Shown here: one piece after another, positions 14,835-26,242 of the stretch | How positions within the stretch are numbered: position 1 is the stretch's first letter | Layout: every line of letters starts with the position of its first letter | Assembly (NCBI GenBank): GCA_973895155.1 | Contig: OZ316895.1 | Location: 16,968,170 to 17,032,169 of the forward strand | Source of the DNA: Marsupella aquatica | Lineage: Eukaryota; Plantae; Marchantiophyta | Length of the DNA stretch: 64,000 nucleotides | Direction of reading: 5' to 3' | The notes under the pieces: model-generated | What the model saw: only the letters and a program-made list of their open reading frames with translations | What the model was told of the DNA's origin: nothing | The model's database searches: none | Translations under genes and position numbers: made by a program

Positions 14835-14863
14835 CACTAGTAGAAACCGGGGCAATTTAGACC
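14835..14863 (+). mobile_element. Orphan CACTA-like terminus (relic)
   Basis: CACTAGTAGAAACCGGGGCAATTTAGACC resembles the CACTA TIR at 40228 (CACTAGAAGAAAACAGGGCCCTTTATGACC); no partner end found. Confidence 0.35.
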
Positions 14864-15529
14864 AAACCTTATGGGACTAAGTCCACTAAGTCCTGTTTCA
14901 TACTTTAAATGACTCGGAACCATTGCACTAGTTCACATGAACGCTAGACAAGACTTTGAGTGTTTTCTGGTTTATGAAAAGACTATGAAAAGTAACCTTC
15001 CTACTTTGTGAAGGGTGAACACTCTAGCGCATCATGGGTTGTATTGTTGGCTTTTGATAATGGTCATGAGGGGGTTGCAAAACTGATTGATTGACCTCTT
15101 TACCAACATCCCGCTATATTGAACACTCCAAAAATGTTGAAATGCCCTAATGTCTCATATACCCAACAAGGTCATGCTTTAACACTAAGCAACTTGTCAA
15201 TCATTCAAGATTTACGTTTCTTTTACAACAACAAGGCAAGCAACCAAATTGACTTGTAGTTAGAAGTTTTGTAGGTACCCCAAATCCATTGATATCATAT
15301 ATGTTAGGAAAGATAAGTATAAGGGCTTAAGGAGGGTACTCAATTTGGACAATATTCACATATGTTCAGGAGGGGTAATTGTGTAAAGACGGTGATGGCA
15401 AGGGGCATCACTCATTAAATGGCCTCATTTGTGACCAAAAAGGGTTTTGGGTTTAATAAAGTTAAGTTTGTTCGTAATTCAACCCACATAAACCCTTCCT
15501 GCCAAAGTATTTGTTTAGGGTTAGCTACA

Positions 15530-16700
15530 CTACACTACAATAATACTTGAGTTGATGGAGGGTGGACCTTGGAGGGAGGTGCAGGCATTTATTCTTACAC
15601 CGTTACTATATTGGCAACAACGCTTGCAACAACGGTGAACTTTGGTAAGGGAATCCCAAAGGGCCCTGTAGCGCTTGCAGTACCGTTTGGGCACATGAGT
15701 TGCTCGACCGTTGGAGGGGAACGAGTCTTCACAGCGACTCTGCATACACTTTGCAGGTGAACACTTTGTTGCACCCTAATCCCACCACATTTCCAGCATG
15801 TTGCGTTGCGAGCAAGGTTTATTGTGTTGTCTTGGTGGACACTACTGTACAGTGAGGTTTAGTGTTCCACCTTTCTCATGGTTGGCATTGTGGAATCAGA
15901 GAAGATGGATTTGGTGTGCGAAGGATCTGCGACAACAACCTAAACCGGCTCTCCAGGGTATTTGAGATCATCGAGCTGCAAGGCCGACCAAGCCTTTCAT
16001 TGGGCAATGTGAGTGAGGTGAGGTGACCTATCGGGCGCCCTTGTTTTTGTGGTGCCATTGCTTGACACCACAAGCAGACAACTCTTGACTTGTGATTGAG
16101 GAGTTGGAAGGGACCTGTTATGTTGGTTTATGGATTGGAGGCGTACTCGTAGCTGCTTAGAGCGCTTTATAGCACGTTAGACTACCTGAGAGCGCGTGAG
16201 AGCTGAGAGTGCCTAAGAGCTAAGAGTTGTCAAGGAGGTAGTCACTTACAAGTTCACAATGGGAGTGACAACGTTGCGGGTAGCTCTTCAGGGCGTTGCA
16301 AGCTTAGTGTGCTTAATTGAGCTATGGCGGTATTCACTTAACATGTCCCAACATGATTTTTGTGAGCTGGTCAAGCTGCGTACAAATTGTATCAAAGTCA
16401 GGCTGTGGGTGTTTTATGCATAGCGGAACAACTTGACCTCACCACAGGTAGGGTTTAAGGTGGGAATAGGACAAATATGCAGTACTAGGAGCTGTGTGAG
16501 TGGTGAGCAACAATTGGTAGTGTTTGAATGGAGCAAATTTGAGCTTCTTTGTGGATGTGTGATTCATTGCGGCTAAGACCTATGACCGATTGTGTGTGCT
16601 CTGTCATGCATGTTTTCTACTTCCAAATGAAGATCGGGGACCACTGCATTGTGGCGTGCGACCTTGGAGCTACCCTTGTAGCTTGATATTTGGAACATTG
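15530..16700 (-). mobile_element. Possible highly decayed LTR-retrotransposon gag remnant
   Basis: The minus frame near 15810-15780 reads NATCWKCGG (partial CCHC knuckle), and LKPYL..PDFDTIC lies upstream. No RT, LTR or long ORF is visible. Confidence 0.3.
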
Positions 16701-16892
16701 CAACACCCACCAGGTGAGGTCGAGACTATCATTGTACAATTCCCAATCTTCCTCTCCATCGCTAGAGCGTAGCTATGCCTTGTACTATGATTTGTCCTAT
16801 GTGCTTTTCTAGTAACTAATGAGCATCAAGCATTGTGAGGCAAGAGTTTCTCCTAGGAAGCGCTGTTATGATGGATGAATTCTTCAAGCCTT

Positions 16893-16997
16893 TTTTTCTT
16901 ACACGTGAACCCCGCGGTGGGGGGGGGGACCCAAAAGGCCATCACAATATATAAAAGCCCATAAAAGGCAATACATCAGGGCCAAGAGAACCCAAGC
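16893..16997 (-). mobile_element. Short 5'-truncated non-LTR (LINE/SINE) insertion with TSD
   Basis: Flanked by GAATTCTTCAAGCCTT (16877-16892) and GAATTCCTCAAGCCTT (16998-17013). A T-tract at the left end corresponds to a poly-A tail on the minus strand. Confidence 0.7.
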
Positions 16998-17580
16998 GAA
17001 TTCCTCAAGCCTTGTCTACTTTAAAAAAGTCACAATGTTTACCTTCAGCTACAGGGGATTCACATCTTTTTTAAATTGTTGCAGAGCTTCTGCCCCAGCT
17101 GCCCTTTTTTATGGTAAGTTGTACGACCTTGATTTAAGTATTGACAATGTTGATTATACACTAGGTTTAGCTTTGGTAGAGTGATCCAAATAACCCGGGT
17201 GGAAATGTGCAAACATTTATTGTTCTTTCTAGATCTTGTAACTCAAAGGTGATAGCTTCAGTTCATTTTGTTTGAATTGCAATTGAAATTTTCCCTATGT
17301 CTTGTGAATTTTGTATGTGCGTGCGTTCTTAATTGTATCCTTTAATTGCTTTTCTTGTTATGAAAACCTTGTTGTATTGTATTCCGCATCAGGTTAGCAG
17401 CTTATTTGGCCTCCCAAGGGGAGTTGTTGTTTGCTTTGCTTGTCACACTTGTCATTCTGCGATAAGGGGCTCAGGTGTGCATGGGCCCTCATTCTAAATC
17501 TTATCTTGCTGGATTTTGTTGCAAAAAGAGTTCCAAGGTAATACTATGTAGCCAATCATTACATTACTCTCAATTCAATT

Positions 17581-17907
17581 CACCGCGATTCCCAGTATCG
17601 ATGCACATTAATGCTCGATGTTGGACGGATTACACTCAGTGTTTACACTTTACATCCGATTAGTAGTTTGGGCAGTTGCGCTTGTTTTCGGGCAGCGTGT
17701 CCCTTAGCGCTTTGGTGCCTTGCAGCTGCTGTCCCGCGCCCTAAACCTGGTTGTCCCTAGTGCTGCGCCCGCCAAGTCCCTGCCCCCCATCTCGGGCCAA
17801 TTCAGCAGTGAACCGGCCAAGGCATCACCTCGCGGGCCGCTTCACACATTTTGCAAAGGATCACGAATCCACCCCATCAACGTATGTACATGGAAAAGAG
17901 GGTGTAC
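17581..17907 (+). repeat. MULE left TIR (interrupted at its inner end by the nested element)
   Basis: Reverse complement of 37803-38129; begins CACCGCGATTCCCAGTATCG. Confidence 0.93.
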
Positions 17908-18330
17908 GGCCAAAAGCAAGCTAGAGGGGGTATTATTTGATGTCACAAATGTCACATTTCAAATACCATAGAGGATGGTACTTGAAATGTACAAGGACCA
18001 AAAAGGACCATGGAAGGGCTCAGATGTATCTGAATGGGTGGCCAAGATTAGACAAGCATTACTGTGTAGCCCAAGAAGTAAAGGTGATGATTTCCTTGGT
18101 GTTGCCCTTCACTACCCACAGCCGACATTGTCACTTAAGGTACTAAGCTTAAGTAGTACTTTCTTGGAATTCAAATACCTCGTAACTCGTGTTGACCCTA
18201 TGGTTTGAACTCTATGCAAGTTCCCAAGTCCATTGTACATGGCGCGTTAGGTCGTGAGTCCTTCTACAAACATCGTTACGTGTCATATACTCGTGGACGC
18301 ACTACACCTGTAAGTTTTTCTTAATCTTGA

Positions 18331-18560
18331 GTAAGTTTTTCTTGAGGGAAACAAGCTGCCCCGACATTGCGATGCAGAAATTTGGTGGTACTCACGGATG
18401 CACTATACCAAGTAAGTTTTTCTTGCGAGAAACAAGCCCAAACATTGCGTATGTTGCAGAAATTTAGTGGTACTCACAGACGCACTATACTTGTAAGTTT
18501 TTCTTGCAAGAAACAAGCCCAGACATTGAGAGAAACAAGCGCGGACATCGCGTTGCAGAA
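18331..18560 (+). repeat. About 3 copies of an 81-bp tandem unit upstream of the Sola2-like transposase
   Basis: GTAAGTTTTTCTTG..GAAACAAGC starts at 18331, 18412 and 18493. Confidence 0.8.
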
Positions 18561-18873
18561 CTTTTGTGTTACCTTGTCCTTTTCGTGTTCGACATTCACC
18601 TTCTTTTGCTCCTGTTTGGAGCTTCAATGTTGCGTTTTGCGTCACATTGCCATGCATTGTGGTCTAAGGGATATTAAGGACTGTAAACATCTGACCTCGT
18701 AGCGAATGTTCCTTACTCTGCGACAGGAAGCTGCGGCATTACTCTACATTTAGACCTTCATTACTCTGTGGCATTACTCTATGTTTAGGAGAACAAACAT
18801 TGTAGCTCAAGGGCGGTTGAAGTAGGGTGAATCTCTACCCTCACACATGATCTCATGGTGTTAACCCAACATC

Positions 18874-21800
18874 ATGAGTAGTGTTTGGGATGAAGCAGCG
18901 AAAGCCAAAAGAGACCGACGAAATTTTAAGAGAAGAGAGCGTAGGGCAGGGCAAGCAGTGAATGCAGTAAGAACACATGCCAAAGAAACTTTACAAGATG
19001 CTCAGGGGCAGGCAGAGAAGCTGGTGATTCAGGAGGCTGCCATAGAGGCCGAGAAGTTGCTTGCTAAGGCTAGACACAAGGCTGCAATAGAGGTAGAGCA
19101 GTTGATTGCTCAAGCTAGACACAAGGCTACCATAGAGGCGGAGAAGCTGCTTGTTCAGGCTGGACGAGAGGCTGCAATAGAGGCAGAGAAGCTGCTTGCT
19201 AATGCAAGAGAGCAGGCTGACAACTTCAAGGATGAAATTCGGCTACAATTGGCTGGGGAGTTTGCAACTTTGGAATACCAAATTCATGACTTGCAGAATC
19301 AAACTATTGATTTGGAGTCCAGGTTGAGATCAGCGGAGGAGTGCAGTGCAAATGATCAGTCTTTTGGAGATGCAACAGGGGTGGCAACTCAAGAGGCTAT
19401 GCGTGCATCAGCTAGAAGGAGACAACAAAAGTCTCGTTTGAGGAAGCGGTGTCTACTTGGTGAGGTAATCGAGAATTATGATGCCTCTGATATCCCAAAC
19501 AGAAGTGTCCGTAGCCAGACCCAAGTTGTCACTGGGATGGTAAAGCACTTTTCCGAATTAACAAGACGACATAATTTTGCTGCTAAGAAGATCATCATGG
19601 AGCGTTTCTGGACTCATAAGGGAATGGTTCAATTGCACCCCACTTCACTAGGCTGCCCTAAAGCGGATCTGTCATGGAGTATAGCTATCGATGATATAAA
19701 GAACACTTTGAAAACAGTCAAGTATGCAAGGCGTAAAGATCATAAAGCAGCCAAAGATATTCTACTATCTTCTTTTATAGGTCCCAAGATTGTGGATGCA
19801 AGATACCAATCTTCTCTTGCTCGAGCATTGTGTATCAAAAGAGCATCTATGTATGCTGCTAGTAAGAAAAGAATTCTGCTAGATGGTGATGCAACACTGC
19901 GTTTTCCAATGGGTCAGCGAAAGGAAAGGAGTGATCGCCTTTCTCTGGAGATTCGAGGTGATGTTGCGTGGTTCTGGGAGGCGCTTACCAGGCCTGATCC
20001 AGGCAAGAAGGATTTTGTACGAAAAAGGATTGCAAAGAATGAATATGTGGAGCACAGGACTCACCGCCTTGAGGATACTGAGGTAATTGCTAATTATGTA
20101 GTAGTGCATCTCATTTCTAATCGTGTAGTAAGTTTGCAAGTGTAGTAGTGCAAGTCTGTAATCAATATTGGTTTATTTTGTGCACTACTCATTTTGTTCA
20201 CTTATGTTGCACATGGTGACAGGTAGAGTATTTTTTCAAGTTCCAGGAATGGCTGAAGAAAGAACATAAAGCTTACACTATCGGTTTGCGATCTTTTCAA
20301 GCCCTCAAACCTTACTTCATACGTACAATGAAAGATAGGGATGTCTGCTGTTGTAAGCAACATGTTGAGATGCACCTACTTTGCAAAGCCTTTGCCAAGC
20401 AACGACAAGCTCAACATCCTGTGGGTTGCACATGTCAATGTGTAGTTTGTTCCCCTATAATTGTTGCTGGAGTGAGTCATAGTATTGATGGTATTGTTGT
20501 CGACGGTACTTGCAGTACCACTACTCATGTGAGTCTGAATAGTTATGATGAACCCTGCAAAGCTCACAAGTATACACAATGCTCTGTGAGAGAGTGGTGC
20601 GCACAGACCTTATGTAAGAAAGGAGAGGATGATCTTTGGCACAAGAGGGACTGTTTACTAGGTAGTTGTGAGATCTGTGGGCCAGGGTTGTTAGAGTTGT
20701 GTCCGTGGGAGGAAAGAGTGGATGAAGAGGATGAGTTTGTGGTGTGGCAAACATATGAGTATGTTAACCTGGATGATTTACCAAAGCCAAAGAGTGCCAA
20801 AAAGAAGAAAGTCCAGAATCGTGATGATGCAGAGATTTCCAAGGTTAGAAAGAGGCTTAGATTAGTAACTAAAGTCACCTCAATGGTGGTGTTTATGGAA
20901 AAAGTAACAGCTACTATAGAAACGTTTATAAAACATGACTTCTATGCTAGATGGCAAGCTGAGCAGTACCAGAATTGTCTCAAGTCCTTTCCTAAAGGCA
21001 CCGTAGTGAGTTCGATTGACTTTGCAGAGAACTACACGTTTGCAACGCAAGATGAGGTACAATCCCTTCACTGGGATAATAGACAGGTCACTATTCTTGT
21101 TCTGATCACCTACCGGCACCAGTATGACAAGGAGGAGGAGGATCCTGTGGTGTACAACAAAATGGGCCAGAGGATCACCAGATTTATTGAGGCTGATTAC
21201 CACTTCTTTATTTCAGATGACAATAGCCATGATACCTTCTTTGTGCAACACAGCTTGGATTTCCATTGGAAGTGGATGAAAGAGAAAGAGATTTTTGTAG
21301 ACAATCACATTATGTGGTCAGACGGGTGTGCAGCACAGTTTAAAGCTTGCCGCCCTTTTTCCTATGTGGCAAAATACAATCATGACTATGGGGTCCCACT
21401 AATGTGGTGTTTCCATGCCTCGGGGCATGGGAAAGGTGTACAAGTAATTACTTGCCAGACCCTTTTTTTGCTTCATTGTCTATAGTATGTAATAGTGTTA
21501 CATTTTTACGTGCTGATTTATGCGATAGCTTTGAAGTTTTTAGCGTGCAGGATTTGATGCATTTTTGTTGTATGCTTGCTTCCACAGGATGGACTAGGAG
21601 GTGGGGTGAAGCAAGCTCTTTGAAAGGAGCAGTTGCGGAAAGAAGGAGGGCATCCAATGGAGGGTGCCAAGGATGTGGTCGAGTTTCTTAAGGAGCGGTT
21701 TTGCCTAGGAAAGCAAATGGAGTATGACAAGAAGCAGGGTGTGAGGCGTTTTTTCTGGGAGGTCGGTGTGCAAGAGGTGGAGCGGAGTTCAGGCCTAGAA

Positions 21801-22605
21801 TGTTTGCCTATCAAAGGTGTGAGACAAAAGCATTGCTTTTTGGGATATAGCCCTGACAATCCCATGATGCTGAAATGTAGAGAATTGGCTTGCTTCTGCA
21901 TCAACTGTGCACTTCATCCAGAAAGTCAAGAACTCTGTGAAAATCAGGCTCATGTTCTACCGTGGGAGGTAGATTATGTGTACCCCAAAAATGCTGGAGA
22001 GATTGCATCCATTATTGAAGACATGTGTGGCGGGTTGGATAGTGAGACCTGTGATTACGAGGGCTACATTGGTGATCTAGTTGAAGTGGGTGACTATTTT
22101 GCTGTGAAGGCTGAAGAAGACAACATTTGGAAAGTAGAATTCTACGTTCTTTTGTGTACAAAAAAGGCTCATGTTGTTGAAAATGATTTCATAGACGACT
22201 ATTCCGCTGAATTTTATAAGGGCGATCGAGTTTTGGCAGGCACTTGGTTTCAGCAATATGGCAGGCATTCGACTTGCTTTGTTCGTAACGACAAATCTAG
22301 CATTAGCTATGCCGATGTGGCATCCGTGATTCATATAAAATTTGGACTTGTGCCAACAAAAATACTGAGGGGATCACCAGGGTTCAAGCTTGCCCCTAAC
22401 ACTTATCAAGCAATTTTGGATTCAGCGGACAGGTAATTTTCTTTCACTGCCAATATTTATCTGTTTATTGAAGACACTAAAGACACTCATTGGAAGAGAA
22501 TAGTTACATTGGGTAGATTGTTGGTTGTGCTGGTTTAATTCTAATTGCAACTTTATTGACTGCAGAGGAAATCCGAGTGTGGTTGAATTGAACCTGTACT
22601 CCTAA
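18874..22605 (+). pseudogene. Sola2-like transposase (exons 18874-20082, 20223-21443, 21588-22432, 22566-22605) with one premature stop
   Basis: Motifs DFAENY..QDEVQSLHW..QVT, FISDD..HD, WSDGCAAQFK and HASGHGKGVQ|DGLGG match Sola2-type DDD cores as recalled. Cys-rich CCCKQH and CxCxxC regions. In-frame TGA at 21621-21623 (likely CGA>TGA). Exon 1 has four 15-aa coiled-coil repeats (AAIEAEKLLA..). Confidence 0.8.
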
Positions 22606-22869
22606 AGTTCTAGGTAAGCAAATTAAAAGCGCAGATGCTAATGTTTTATGAGGTGGTCGTCCTCACTTGATGTTGGTCCCTCAATCTCAAAACTCTGTGA
22701 AAAGGCACTTTGTGACATTCTTGTACACTGATTCATGTCTTTGACCAATCTAGTTTATTGTGTGCAGGTGTTCAATTTGATGACTGCGCAATGCACATGG
22801 CCCATGATTCTCAGTGGCAAGTAAACTTGCAACTCCTCCTTACCGAATACTAGTTCTTCTTTGTAATAC

Positions 22870-23370
22870 CTATTGCTAATACTTGTAATATTTATTTGCT
22901 AATACTTAATGCCTTTTCTAGTACCTACTTGATAATAAATACTCATAGTACCTAGTACATAATACTTAGTCAAGTATTAAATACCTTAAGTACCAGTACT
23001 GGTTACGTATGTACCAAGTACTCAGTACCATAAGTACGCAGTACCAACTTAAGTACCTTAAGTACCAAATACTCAGTACTTTGAGTACCTAGTACTCAAT
23101 ACATAATACCAAGTACCTAAGTAAGTACCTAGTACTCAGTACCTTAAGTACATAGTACCTTGAGTACATAGTACCAAGTACCAATAAGTACCCAGTACTC
23201 AGTACCTTAAGTACCCAGTACTCAGTACCTTAAGTACCTAGTACTCAGTACCCTGAGTATCAAGTACTTAGTACCTTGAGTACCTAGTACTTAATACCGA
23301 GCTCAATACGTTGAGTACCTGGTACTCAAGACCTGGCTTTAGTACTCAGTACTTGCAGTCCGACCCAATA
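22870..23370. repeat. GTAC/AGTACT-rich degenerate repeat array in a predicted 3'-UTR intron (22821-23508)
   Basis: About 40 GTAC tetramers in about 430 bp (manual count), in units such as CTCAGTACCTTAAGTACC. Confidence 0.85.
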
Positions 23371-24783
23371 CTCAATACTATAGCCTAGGCTAATAGTTTT
23401 ATACAGTTGAGTGTTTGATGTAGTGGGTGTTGTGAGACTAGTAGCTATATTGCAAAAGCAAGCCACTGATACATTTTAACTGCTGGACCTGTCTCTTTTT
23501 TCATGCAGGTGATATAATAAGTCTCTCTTTGTTGCCTAGAGGCACGACAATCACTACCCTTGTTTGGCTAGATATGGATATAATTTATCATAAATTTTAG
23601 TCATGTGAGTTGTGGCTAGCGAATTAGCTAGTTGAGTAGTGGCCACAGGACCATTGTGTATTCGTTCAGCAGCATTTTGTGATCATGCTTCTGTTTCAGA
23701 ATAAGCTTGAAACGCAATTTGAACCTTGTCTATCAAATCTATAAAAGTTCTCATCAAATGCCAATGGATGTCCATATTCTTCTCTGTTGCCTTCCTGGAC
23801 CTCTGGTGCAACTTTAATTATCTCAATTCGGTGATCACCTTAGTCTGTTCCTCTTGTTCGGTGTAGTGCCTTAGTTCCCAGAACTTTGCAAAGGGAAGCA
23901 AATTTTAGCTCTCAACCTCCATCCAGATCTTATTTTACCCCCATGCATGTTATAGCATACTTTTGAGATCTGCCTTAGTTTGATTTCTTTATTTCAATCA
24001 TCAAAGGAGGAGCATGATTGTTTCACAGTACCAGTATGTACACTCATTCAGTTTTTTCCTGAGTGTACATACTGAGATCACTATGAGCATCAATGGCATT
24101 TTCTATTCCAAGGCAAATGATTGCTATGAAGGGATCACTTTCTAAGGTTTCTCACAATAACTAATTGCGCTAACATCTACATTATGATCCAAACAACAAC
24201 CTGGATATAGGTCGAAAGCTTGGCATTGTTGAAGGCCAACATTTTGGACTATAAACAAAAATTAAACTCATTCATTGTTTCTTCATAAACACGAGTCACA
24301 AACACTTGCTCAGTTTATTTACAGTGCAAGTCCTGTTGCTTTCAATAGTAAATTATGCAATACCATGCGGATTACAAAATTGACTGTAACAAATCCATGT
24401 AATCCATTGAACTGTTTGGCCTGTAGAATTCAGTTCACTTTTCCGCGATTAAAAAAACTACTCTAGCAATTGTCAAGTAGGCAACTCTATTTCTCTATAG
24501 TTTCCAATACATCAAGATTTGTACAAAATGAGACATCTTGTAGTCACTCAATTTATTTATGCAAGCTAGACTTTAGCTTTGTACAGTAAATCAAGTACTC
24601 ACAGGATACAAGATTGATTGATTGTAACTAATCCAAGCAGAGATAGAAAGAACCACACTAAACTGTTGGGGCCTGTAGAAAATCCTGGCCACAAGATCCG
24701 TATGCAAAAACACTACTGCAAAAATTGCAGCTCTATATATGTCTCTACAATTCCCAAAACATTCTCCTCAGATCACCTCATTC

Positions 24784-25407
24784 CTAATCTAAACCTTGAT
24801 GGCGAAGTGCGACTAAAATACCCTCCAATTGGTCCAAAAGGAGAGATCCTCTTGGTACGAGGGATCGTTCCACATTGGTGGACCTTGGGTGGGATCTAGA
24901 AACTGTCACAGTGAGAGGCCAGGGGACCCAACTATGGGTAGGAACCCCAAGGAGAGACAAAATTTCCACTGATAGTACCCCATCTTTTGCAGCCAAGGCC
25001 ACTAAGCACCTTCGACACTGCAAGGCAACAGCCCGGATGTAGTCCATCTGCTCCTATTCGGTGCAAGCTCGTAGGTCTGAAGCTCCTAGCCCCAACCAGA
25101 CTGAAGCGCTATCCCGAATCTCAGCACGAATGGGGGTTGCCTGCTTAAACACCGCATCAACAATCACAACTTCAAAACCATATGTATCAACACCCTCCCC
25201 TGCATGGCCACACACCTGCCGGCCGAGCTCCTTTGATGTGCCACAAATGCCTCCATGTCCTAGCCGATGTGAGCATGCTTTATAAATAAAGCGCCGAGGA
25301 TGGGGGAAGGTTGAATGAAAGTTCACAATATGAACCACGACATCTCGAAATGAAGCAGACTGCCCTGCTTCCACGACCTGCTCAACTTTTGTTACAGGAG
25401 TCCCCAT
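24784..25407 (-). pseudogene. RPA1 C-terminal-like OB-fold/Zn-ribbon protein (Sola2-like cargo), one in-frame stop
   Basis: VHIVNF..FIYKACSH..ICGTS..VCGH..YGFEVVIVD..IRAEIRDSASVWLGLGASDL resembles the Rep_fac-A_C pattern. TAG at 25054-25056, then the same frame continues EQMDYIRAVALQCRRCLV..GVLSVE. Acceptor TTTTGCAG at about 25428. Confidence 0.65.
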
Positions 25408-25539
25408 TCTTCTGCGTCAACAAGATCCTGCAAAACTACAAGTCCAATACTCAAATCAATACTCAAGGATTCCCGATGGATATTCAATGACAAAACCTTG
25501 CTTGCACTACCACAACATGACACACAATCCTCAAGGGAT

Positions 25540-25950
25540 TACACTACTACTCAAAGGTATTGAACTAATACTCGCAGGAATTTGAAACAATACTCAAACG
25601 CGTAACTTACATAATACTCAAAGGTATTTACATAATACTACAAGGTATTTACATAATACTACACGGTATTGTGACAATACTACAAGGTATTGTCACAATA
25701 CTACAAGGTATTATGATAATAATACACGGTATTGTGATAATACTCAATGGTATTATGATAATACTCAATGGTATTGAGATAAAACTCAACGGTATTGAGA
25801 TAATAGTACTTGAGGTATTATGAAAATACCAGGAATTGACTAACACCTGAAACTCTTACAGTAATACCTTATTGTATTAGACTAATACCCGAAGGTACTA
25901 AACTAATACTTAGTATTAGAGTAACAATCACAGGTACCAGGTAAATACTC
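25540..25950. repeat. 21-bp tandem repeat (AATACTACAAGGTATTGTGAC-like) in the predicted intron upstream of the OB-fold ORF
   Basis: AATACT(A/C)..GGTATT units at 21-bp spacing across about 25610-25820, with degenerate flanks. Confidence 0.85.
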
Positions 25951-26242
25951 TGTGACATGAAAGCACAGCCAGAGAAATTACCTGAGTCTGGTAGTGCATG
26001 TAAAGTGAGTATTCAAATCTATATAATATGCATGTATGAAGTGAGTGAACCCTAAACCAAATAAACCTGTGACAATACATAGAAATTGACTGGTACAAAG
26101 GATGAGCAATAGGAGAGTAAGAAAATTTACCATCGATGCATCCACATTGGGTATCTAGACAGACATCTAGGGTTCATGAATGCTCAGAGGCAGACGACAA
26201 TGTCAACATAGTAGTCCTATTTAAATTACCCAGCCTCACCTA

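Noticed and set aside
17571-17580. Alternative MULE boundary with a 6-bp TSD CAATTC
   Set aside because: The periodic target allows it, but a 9-bp TSD fits Mutator biology and the encoded transposase.
17900-17907. GGGTGTAC/GAGTGTAC as Sola2 GRG termini
   Set aside because: That boundary gives no TSD (AAGA versus TTGT), and GGGTGTAC is also present in the right MULE TIR. Not fully excluded.
17720-17971. ORF MQLLSRALNL.. and its twin at 37760-37990
   Set aside because: Both are simply translations of the MULE TIRs.
25649-25846. Ile/Pro-repeat ORF
   Set aside because: Translation of the 21-bp intronic repeat.
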